Source: Ramazzottius varieornatus (Eukaryota > Animalia > Tardigrada). From it: 64,000 nucleotides of DNA. Every line of letters begins with the position of its first letter. The stretch's first letter is position 1. Below the pieces are notes generated by a model. It did no database searches and was not told where the DNA came from. It was given only the letters and a program-made list of their open reading frames with translations. Both the position numbers and the translations under genes were made by a program. The stretch lies in assembly GCA_001949185.1 (NCBI GenBank), contig BDGG01000004.1:3231267-3295266 (forward strand), in the 5' to 3' direction. Positions 1 through 10,077 of this stretch are shown piece after piece.

Positions 1-159
1 GTGTTCTCGTTCACCAAGGACTCTTGTTTCTCGATGGTTCCACGAGTAAATCCGTTCAAAGAGTTTGTTACAACTGGACAGATAATCCTTCACAACACCA
101 AACGAAGTCTACAAATTACAGCAAACCACTAAGATCAAGAAGGTCAAGTTAGAGTGACT

Positions 160-684
160 TTAATAGCCAGTTGCCCATGGATCAACTCGATTCTTCCTCA
201 TTAGGAAAGTAATCTTTCTGGACATGTCATCGCTGTAAATTCTTTTGCAGTGCTCGAAGGACAGCCGGTTCCGCACTTTGTACGGCTTCTCGTTGTATCT
301 CCTCCGGCGAGCAATTTCTAAGATACCTTCATTTCCCAGGATTCTGAAAACGGAACATCAGCTCGCCACACAATCCTATCGCATGGCGTCGCTATCGCGT
401 ACTACGTCATCGAAACTATCGTATCAAGAGATTCTGAACTCCAGAAGGTCGGAGCTTCCGCTTGACGTAGTGCGCGGTCCGAATCTTCTCGTCCAGCAGC
501 TTCGCCTTCTCTAGGCTATCTTATATTTCTCGGTCTTAACAAAAAGCCGAAGCCTCCCTACGGTGCTACACGAAGTTTTCTCAAGTGATACCTACTTGTT
601 GAGGGTGCGAAATGCGTCGTCCACTTGTCCGTTACGTACGAAAACAGTTCTTGCGTAGAAGGGGAGATGTGCTGGAAACTTCAT
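160..684 (-). CDS. MRPS21: Mitochondrial ribosomal protein S21 (bS21m), 2 exons (684-596, 343-160), 90 aa
   Basis: Manual splice across a GTAGGT...TTTCAG intron gives MKFPAHLPFYARTVFVRNGQVDDAFRTLN-KILGNEGILEIARRRRYNEKPYKVRNRLSFEHCKRIYSDDMSRKITFLMRKNRVDPWATGY*. This matches MRPS21 motifs (ARTVxV, RRYxEKP, RKIxFLMRKNRxDPW). Not in the ORF track. Confidence 0.95.
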
Positions 685-1478
685 CGTGGTCTCACACGGA
701 GTACGATTATACGAGACTGCTCAGAGTGAGGCTTCTCTGGCGAAGCCTTTAAACCTGCACAACGAAGTACAGCGCGATCTCACAGCTGCAAATCTGTAGT
801 CAGTGGGCAATAAAGGATGAAAAACTGGCCTAGGATCTAGGAGCACTTTCTGGACTCTGAAGTCTGGATTTCAAAGGAGCAATCGTGATTTCTGGAGGCT
901 GGATACATACACGATGTCTCCGACGAGCTCAAGTAATAGAGCAGGCTCAATCAAGAGCAGAAACGTGACGGGTGTTAGGTGCATGACTGTATTAACGCGC
1001 AGACTGGATTTTTTGCGTTGTTTGCTGCCCTTCCCCTCACGCACCAGCGTACAAGCACCAACTGGTAAGGCGGGGCCAAAAGACTGCAGCAAACCGGGCA
1101 GTACTTCTTCATGAGTCATAGCCAGATGAGTCATGATAAATCTCGTTCTCGATCAGCTGGTTGAATGGATGGGGATCTTCTCTCTTCCCGCGCCGCCACC
1201 AACGACCATTTCCGTCTTTCAGACTCTGCCATTGTGGTCTGCAACATCCGTCCGGATCATTCGCTCACGTAAATCAAAGTATGTGAACGTGGTCGAAAGG
1301 TATGATTTCCGTTCTTCAGATCTGTGATGAACAAGAGCACGAAAATACTGACAGTTTTCTATATTTTTGTTTTGTTTTGTTTCAGCGAACGAGTCTAGAT
1401 TTTGCAACTCCCTGAAACAAGCTTGAACCCGGGAGCTCAGAGCCTTAGGCTGTCGAGCCATCCGTACACTGCTGCAGA
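685..1478. promoter_or_regulatory. Probable bidirectional promoter and 5' UTRs between head-to-head MRPS21 and p53
   Basis: Divergent start codons about 800 bp apart. Plus-strand splice signals (donors at about 1065 and 1300, acceptor at 1385) suggest non-coding p53 leader exons. Confidence 0.5.
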
Positions 1479-4400
1479 ATGGACAGGAGCAGCAACCAAA
1501 AGTCTGAGGGATTAGGTGGCTCGATGGATTCACCGCAGTAAGTAAAGACTTTCTCCGCGAAAAAGGTACTCAGTTAGCCAAACATAAGGTTTATCGTTTG
1601 TTTCTGTAGTACTGAGGAGCAAGGGAGAACTCCAGTCACCTTCACCCAGTACTGCATTACGGCCGGAGCAGACGGTAGCTTGGTGGGCTTCGTTCGTGGG
1701 AAAAGTCAGAACGGAGCAGCTGTAAAGAGCTACTATGAAAGCCAAGGAAAGGCTGCCACTTGCAGTCAACCACCACAGCTGTCCCGTATCAGCAGCACGA
1801 CTGGTACCGAGGTAAGCCTGATTATTCTATCTTCGTTAGGAGGGACATGGCTGAATAATATACCGGCAAGTGGAGTTAACAAGAAACAGAGTGACTGATA
1901 ACTGATTATTCAATGAACACAATCAGCTGACCAAAGATTTTTCCACTTTTTTAGGTTGGTTTGTCATCACAGTCGCTCCCCATTGCTTCCGTCTCTACTC
2001 AAGAAGCGCTTGACAGCATTGGCTTGTGGCCCGATAGCCAACAGCCTCTTCCAGACATTCCAGCCAGCCAGTTTGAAGAGGTTTGTTTCGGCAGACTGGA
2101 CGACAAAGAGTTGGGCTTGAAGGAGCTTCCCTCCAGCATGAGCCGAGAACTCTCCTACTTCCGTATCACCCCAGAAGATCCACTGTGGTGCGGTGGCGCT
2201 TCAGCCTTGAACGCGGCTGCTCAGGATAGCGACGACTTCCTAGTGATGATCCCGAACGACGAGTCTCAGGCCTTCGAGAACAACGACATCGCCGCTTTGT
2301 TCCGTGCTCTTGATGGAGCGGACAGCGGGATGGAAGAAAGCGGATCGTCGGAGGACGTGATAGACGTGGAGAGCACTCCGACGTCGTCTTTCGGGGTCAC
2401 AGATGGCCGAGAACTGCCGTAAGCTCCACCAAACTTATCTGAACACAGTCTTGAGTCTTACGTTTTAGCAAACGCATTGTTGGACTCTTTGGCTATCCAG
2501 ATACTTTGATTTACAGGAAAGACAACGAGGGCGATTACGGATTTGACTTCGAGATTCCGAATGCGAAAGGCGATATCATTTTTGAACGAAGAAAACTTGA
2601 CGCGTTTCCCACCTTGTTCATTAGGGCGAAAGCGTTCTCTGTTACTTTCTCATGTAGGTTCCACAGTCTGGTTTTGACCATTTTGACGTGGTACTGGTAC
2701 CGTCTTTAGGAAATTAACGATCCTATTGCAGTCCAGAGGACGCCTAAGGTGGGGACGTATGTTACGACCCGCGCCAGATTCACCAACCAAGGTCGTGTCG
2801 GCAAAGAAGTTGAGACTTGCAAGAAGAGTGGTTGCGCATCCAAGAAAGCGCCTCAAGGTACGTGATGATTGTCGTGTCAGATCAGCTTGTTTGTTGAAGT
2901 ATCAGAAATTCAGAGATTCAGACTTATGATTTTAGGGTGGATGGGAGAGGACTGCCCGTACCTACAGCTGCTGAAGCAAGATGGAGAAACGGTGTCTGAG
3001 GAGACAGTAGTTCGATTTCTCCAATCCAGTAATCACTTTGGAATAACTGTACACTGTTAGCTAGCGGCACGACTATAGCATTACAGTTTCTGCCTTGTTT
3101 GCAGAAGCCGTGACAGCTCAGTTCGGGATCTGCTGCTACAACAGCTGCTTCGGGGCCAAGACTGAGATTCGCTTGATATTTGAGGCGCGGAACAGTGCTG
3201 GGTTCGTTCCTCGGTTGTAGCGATGTGCAGTGGCGAGCGAGGTAGATATAAAGCTGTTTGCTGTAGGAAAATAATTGGCGTGCGCTCGATGAATGTTCGC
3301 GTCTGTGCAGGTACTATTTCCTGTTGTACAGTGGTCTCTTCGCGCATTCCGGTCTTTTGCTTAACTGCTAAGATTTACAGTTTGAATTACATCGTTTCTG
3401 TTTGATAGCTCCGAAACGTGATTATGCTGAACGGCTGGTGAATATTGGCGAAGTGAAGGGAAGGAAGAAACGGCGCCTGCAGAGTGCCACTGAATCTGAA
3501 CCTCAGTCAGATGAAGGACCGGACTCGGGAAATACTTCGTTCACAGGTCGTATATAACTCAGACTGAACTTTGTCTGCTGCGGCTCTACAGTAGCTTAGT
3601 CTTCGGACTACCTTTTAAGGTTGGAGTTGGAACCTACTAACGAACTTCTTACAGATGACATCCCAAAGATGAAGAGAATGAGAACGGAAGAATATACCTC
3701 GTACCCGAACACAGCTGAGTTGATCGCTGCAGGGTTCCTCGATGTTCAAGATTCCTCGGGTCTCAAAGCAAAGGCCCGTCTGGAAAATGGCAAGATTTGC
3801 CTTGGGGTCGAACTTTGTATGGAAGACAACCAAGCGAACGTCCTCCACGCCAGACACGTGGTTTCATCAGCCATCATGGCCCATCGACTTGGAACCCTCT
3901 TTAAACTGGGAGTGCCCGTCCCATTGTAAGTTCCCTCGATGTCTGCAGACTCATCTTGAGCGCAATCTTGCTAACTGATGGTTTCGCTTAGGTCGGAGAC
4001 GCCACAGAATATTCCGGGCGGAATGTGGGCCGTCGCCTCGAAAGGCTCCGGTCCTTCGCAAGCCGCTCGCTCCACTCAGCCAGCTGCGGAGAGCCAGAAA
4101 TCGGAAGGAGGAAAAGAAATCGAGCGGTAAGCTTGAGAAGGGGTTTCGAAGAGGAATTCGATCTTTCCGGACGATAGTTTTCGTTTCAGAACTTTCATTG
4201 CAGACTTTTGGCCAAATGCGGTTCGAAGATCCATCCGAGTGTCTTTAGTGATGCCGGTATCCATACAATGGATCAGTTGAGAAAGCAGAAGAAGACGGTA
4301 AGTGATAAGGAGCTCGGCAGATAAAGAGCCTCTTCAAGTCAATCGAACTACCGAGAACGCTCTCGCAATAAAACCATTAAACGCGGCGCGATCAAAGAAC

Positions 4401-5461
4401 GCTAGTTAGGTGTGGCTACTCGCGCGTCGAGCAAGGAAAATTCTGTTCAGATTGATCAAGCCTGACTTGCGAGAGCGTAATAGAGTAGTTCAATTAACAT
4501 GTCGTAAAATTTCTGAACAGGAATTCTGTCGAGAGCGAACTACATAGCGCGCTAGCCATTTTCAATGGTATGATACCTAGCACGGAAGAGGCGTGCTAGC
4601 CGGTTTTATCTCACGTACATTCAAGCGAGAGTGTCACTGTGCACTCCACCACGAAGCTTTCGGAACAGAATTTTCATCCTGCTTTCGATCATCGTACTTC
4701 CTTGATGTAAATTTTCAACATACTGCATGTTTTTTGAAATTTAATTAGTGGATAATTTGATGGTTAATTTGATTAGTAGTGGTTAATTTGATTCAAGCCT
4801 CGACCAAGTACGGCTACCTATTAATCACAAGTGCGGAATCTGATTTTCTTGATGCGGAGCAAACCGACAATACCCAGCTTCCTCAGCTCGCCAATTCGTC
4901 AAACAAATTTACGAGAAGCTTCAAAATGCAAAGAGCGTCGACTTGAAATAGTCAGCAAAAAAATCAACGAAGTGAGCACAGAAAGGAATTTCTGTTCAGG
5001 TGGATCTGACTCGAGCTTACATCTCCTTGCTTGTGGCAATCATCATTGATTACTGAGAACAGAGTGTCAATTGCTCTTTTCTGAACGCATTCTGCCTGTG
5101 CTCATGCTCGCTTCCCTCTAATTTCGAGAAAGGTCGGATTCTGTTTAGAAACATCGGGCTTATAAGATCGTATTCTTTTATGGCCAAGCTCGAGTCTGGT
5201 CATCGAGTCAGGTGGACTTGAAGAGGCTCAAACTCGACCAAATCGTTCATCTCAGTGGCGCACTTTCTCGATGTTGTTGACTGAAACGGTGCGCCACTTG
5301 GAGGAATAATGTACTCGAGTTCGTTTGCTTCGGTCCTGATTACTTCCACATCGAAGACCCGCCCTTAAACTCGCGTGGTTTTATTGCAGCGCATCGTGGA
5401 GATTTTGTCCTTCTGCAATACCGAAGCCGTTGAAAAGGTCTGGAAAGAGCTGAAGAAGTAA
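1479..5461 (+). CDS. p53: p53-family transcription factor (acidic N-terminus, p53 DNA-binding domain, NLS, putative oligomerisation domain, SAM-like C-terminus), about 13 exons, about 674 aa
   Basis: Phase-consistent exons: 1479-1537, 1610-1811, 1955-2418, 2469-2653, 2732-2857, 2936-3006, 3065-3201, 3267-3310, 3409-3538, 3620-3925, 3992-4126, 4204-4297, 5390-5461. DBD motifs: NEGDYGF; TPKVGTYVTTRARF...VETC; RHDYSITV; ICCYNSCFG...IRLIFEARNSAGKIIGVRSMNVRVCAAPKRD (cf. human LLGRNSFEVRVCACPGRD, fly CQNSC...ICTCPKRD). NLS KGRKKRR. SAM-like LLAKCG...FSDAGIHTMDQL...AVEKVWKEL. The start codon and the exon 6 and exon 9 donors are uncertain. Confidence 0.88.
4427..5160. repeat. Cluster of degenerate inverted repeats (MITE-like) in the 1.1-kb last intron of the p53 gene
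   Basis: The motif (G)AATTCTGTTCAG or its reverse complement recurs at about 4439, 4513, 4661, 4987, 5081 and 5138. 4427-4450 pairs with 4661-4688, and 4974-4999 (GAGCACAG...) pairs with 5081-5103 (...CTGTGCTC). A tandem (G)GTTAATTTGAT repeat lies at 4741-4795. Confidence 0.6.
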
Positions 5462-6399
5462 GCTGCAGGAAGACTGTCATGCAGCCGTTTGCACAGCCTG
5501 GGGTTCTGGAAGAATAGATACTGTAGTTCAGCTGGTTTCTTTTTCGTCTTTTGTTTTCCATGATGCAGCCATATGTTCAGCTTCATCTGAGAACGGTCGA
5601 TTAACGTTCCTCTAATTTTCTCCAAGTTTATTCGAGAAAATAATATTACTTAGTTGCTGCGGCTTCTTACCTGTGAGCTGAGTTTATTTTTTATGTTAGT
5701 ACCTGCCTCACTTTACAAAGGATGGATGTTTATCTCTGTCCGATGTGGAAGTAGTTGCCTAGTTTTTTCTGCTAAAGTTTGTTGGTTACGCCTTATTTTG
5801 ATGATGCCTAGTTTTAGTTGGCCACCTGCTTTTTGTGTTACTTTTTTACCACGGGATGAATCTCATTTTCGCATCTGAACAGTTCACAATCAGTATTTGT
5901 TCTAAAACATTGCGTTGTATGATAGTGTTGATTCTTGAGTCCGAGAAAATTGCGTTGGGTTACAAACGGACTAAGGGGTCAAACACTGCTTATGAGGAAG
6001 ATGAGGGAGCAGCCGGAAGTGGATAACGGTAGAACAACCACCAATGGACAGGCGAAGCACTGTATCAAATGTTGCGATTTTATCGGCAGACACGGCAGCA
6101 AAACGCACTAGGAGTATGCCTAAATAGAAATATGGAATTTTCCAGAAAATAGGAATACGAAATATGAAAAATATCTAGCAAAACTAAAAATGTGGCATTT
6201 CATCAAGCAGAGACGACTAAATCTAAAAAACAAGAGTATTGACACAGGCGGACATCGGGATGAATGCTATGACAGGTTGAGCATCAGTCATTTATGTCGG
6301 ACCACGTCAGGATAAAATAGTAGAGAATCCCAATCACTAGAAAGAAAAGCGAAGTACGCGCGCGCTGACTTTGATAGAAAGAGAACATTGATTTGAGCT

Positions 6400-9300
6400 T
6401 CAGGCGCGGATGACGGCACTTTCGGCGAAATCGCTCGGGGACCCTGTGCAGCTGCGCAGCGCCGCACTTCCTTCCTCGCCTGCAAAAAGAAAATCTATAT
6501 GAACGTTCTTGATTCACAGAAAGCAACAGCTGTGTTATCAAAAGCTTACCAAAAGACAGTACGGTCTGCTTGGCTTCATAGACAACTGCCGGTACCACGT
6601 CATTCTGCACCACATGGATGAGTTCGTGCAGGTACTCCGAAGCTCGTAAGACACGTAGGGCGATGCATGCGGAACGACGGATCTCAGTTCGCTCATCCTC
6701 CAAGGCCGTGGCGTAAGTCTTCATCATCCAGCTTCGCAAGGTCGTGTCCTTCTCACTGTTGAGCAGGAAGTCCCCTAGAGAGAGAGAGACAAAAGTTCAG
6801 GTCCTGGCAGAAAACTTAGCTAGTACACTGGTCGCAGTTCTCAAACAGTTCGCAAGATTGATCAGAGTCAGCAAGCTGGACGACATGAACTTACGCGCAG
6901 CTTTCACCACGTCGTCCTCTGTGCTTAAGAGACAGACACCAATCTGGATGGCATAAGCGGCGTCAACCGGTCTTCCCCGGAGACTCTGCAGGGTTTCGAC
7001 AACTTCCGAAGAGTTTTTGCTTTGCAGAGAACCCAGAATTTTCACTAGCAAGCAAACATCTTCGTTGAAAAGAGCATACTTTTCCCAGTTACTCAGCTTC
7101 CCTATCGTAATTCACATTATAAACGATTCGACAACTTACGGTCGTTGTGAAACTTGAGTAACAAGACTTCGACTTCCCAGTGATTGTCTGTTTTGAGGAA
7201 TGTGAGAAAGTGAAAGAGTGTCACGATGCTTGCAGGATCGAAAGCCGGTCGATCGAGCATTTGGCAGATAAGAAGCTCCAACACTACAATATCACAACAT
7301 TAATGTAACGCCACACGATACCGCTATGCTGTTTACATAAGGGAAAATTTAATAACTGTCTCACCGTCTTGTCGTTCCGTCTCGGTGAACGTCTTAAAAA
7401 AATGCACATAACGTGCTTTCAACTGTGTGACTACCGAATCGGCTGACGTGCAAAGATAATGACCTGCAAATACACAACGGAAGTTAGAGTGATGTAAAAT
7501 CAGTACTTCGGCTTCCAACCTTTCTACTCATACCTCCGGCGCACTGCTCCCATAGAAGATGAAGTCGCTGCTTCTCTGTGATGTCTCGCATTAACGTCGT
7601 GAAGTCTTCCAGCAGGTTAGGGTTCTCGACCAGGTTTCCGAGTATCTCAAAGATCTCACCCTGACTTTGCAAATGTCTAATGGCACGAGATTCACTATGC
7701 TTTAGCGGACCATACGATCCCAGAGATTCAAGAAGACTATCACAGTATATCAGGTGCTGCACCAGTGCCAAATCTATCTGGTCGTTCCCGGATGAAATCT
7801 GTTCGTCGTGGTGCCTTCTTCTCGACACACTATCCGCCATCGCTTCAATGCCGGAATCGACCGTACCGCTTTTCTGAGCGTCTCTCGTGAGATTGTCTTC
7901 TTCCTCAACTTCATCAAGGAAGTCAAAGCAGTCGAGAGCGCTTTCGACGGAAATACTGAGGTTCGATCCCCGAGACATTCTTCCATTGTCGCCGTCAACG
8001 GGCTGAAAATAAAATATCTACATAATATAACAAGCAAATCCAGAGAAAAGAGTCCTCCACAACGTGATGGTCAGGTCATTATATGCTAACCAGGAGTATT
8101 TTTCCAAGTCGAAAGATCTGGGTCTCCAAGTTGAACAGCTGCGAATACCTTCCCCGAATGTCTCGGACGGATGATACGACGGCTCGAATGGCGTTTTCGA
8201 GACTTTCTTGGCTGGGAGTAACAGACATGTTCGAAGGACTCATGCTACCGGCGTTGCTAGCTTCCGTCTTGGGTGACACAGAGGAATGACGATCGCTTGC
8301 TACACTAATCGTGCTGCTATACACAGACCGATGTGGCAGTAACTCCTACCGAAAAGTAACATATGAACCATGAGCCAACGGCATCAAACGAAAAGGTACT
8401 CTAGTATAAATACCTCGGCGGCTTTAGCAGGCGAAGTTACAACGGCGACAGGATCTCGGTTGGGTTTCGGGAGTGTCGAATCATTCGCTTTCAGCATCCA
8501 GGGACTCCATACGTTCTGATCAGCAATGCCGTCAAGCGGACTGTAAAAGTTATCGCTAGTTTTTCTGTCCAAGGATAGTATCGATGATCCAGCTACAACA
8601 ACTAAAGGGTTGACTTACTTCCACGAAATGATCAGACTGAGCTTCAACGAGCCATTGGAATTCAGGCTTATGGTCATGACTTGGGGGTGGGCGGAAAAGA
8701 GGTCTTTGGTCTCGCAGTGTTTATTACCGACGATAATTCGATTTCCGAGCGTACGAACCTCCGAAGCCTATAATGAAACTCCGTGTTAAAAAAATGAGTC
8801 ACAGTGCGAACAGTACAATATGTATGACTACAAGACCTTAATATGCATGATGTCTCCAAGAAGGCTCTTGAAAATTGCTGCTTCCTGGTCCCAACTCTGT
8901 GAGGCATCCTTGTTGACGTGTCCACGGCTTTTCCACTTTTGCTCACCGTGACGTATTATTATCTCAAATGTATCACCCGGACAAAGTCGCGCGAATCCAG
9001 CCACACCTTCGAAAACCAAAAGACTTAATATCCATTAGAAAGTCCAGAAAGTGGGACCTACGCAAACCAACTCGAGCTGATCGTTTCTTCAAGTGCCGCG
9101 CGCTCCCAGCCGATAACTCAAAAGATGTGCGCCACTTGGAAAAATCATCTTGTCGAGTTTGTGTGACGAACGCCCATTAATTTTGTCGATGAACGTACCC
9201 TTCATCCGCATTTCCAAGCTTCCCATCATTTGTTCGAGTTGAGCTTCCAGGGTGCACATAGCCTGAGTGCACTCCTTATAGCCCGCTTTTACGTTTCCAA

Positions 9301-10077
9301 GTGCATGATTTTTTTCTTTACCGCTTGAGGACATGTACGCTTGAGCCATATTCCGGACGCCTGATAAAAGACAATCATGTCATGGTGCGACATGAATGAA
9401 GGCGAACATGTCGCATACGAAAAGTGGAACATCATCTACAGCCCTTGTCAACAGGTAAACACCAGTATCTTACCTTCTCGAAGCCGATGTTGCACATTAT
9501 AGTTTTCTCCGAGCTCCTCAAGCTAGACAGAAGATCCGGTGGTTCAAGAACGCGATATCTCAAACTTCAAAGCCCCATAGTACATCAAAAGCATAGGGTT
9601 CTATGTACCTTGCTGAGCTGAAGTTCCAGACGTTTCAAGTAGCGATCAGCTGCCTTCAACTGCTGGGTGTTCTGAGTCGGTAAGCGTTCGTTCCCATTGA
9701 GCAATCCTTTCATATCATCATTCGTCAGCTGAATACATTCCCTAATTACAAAATACGTAATCACAATCCGATAGAAACCAAGTATGAAATTAGAGGTAAG
9801 TTCACACGTACTGTAGGCCGTTTCGAAGCGCGTCGATGATGGTCAGAGCACGAAGTGGTCGCGGAGTTTTCGGGACTTTGACAGACCGTAAGCGCTGGTC
9901 GGAGGAGCGTTGGATCAACATCCGGTAGTCCTGTCCATGACTAGATGGGTTCATCGACTCTTTTCGCGAGAGACTGCGATTGAGGAAGCCAGCAAAGGAT
10001 CGGCTGCGGGAGATTCCGGAACCATCGGGCAGTTCAGGTACCAGCTGCTGTAGTCTTCGACGCTCTGTCAACGACAT
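6400..10077 (-). CDS. RIPOR: RIPOR/FAM65 family (RhoA-interacting cell polarisation regulator), multi-exon
   Basis: N-terminal RSRSFAGF; PL48-domain motifs YKECTQAMCTLEAQLEQMMG and GVAGFARLCPGDTFEIIIRHGEQKWKSRG; SISVESALDCFDFLD; C-terminal HEAT/ARM repeats (ALEDERTEIRRSACIAL). The last exon ends ...FAESAVIRA* at 6400. Additional upstream exons are possible. Confidence 0.92.

Noticed and set aside
245-514. 89-aa plus-strand ORF
   Set aside because: Antisense to MRPS21 exon 2 and intron; no recognisable motifs.
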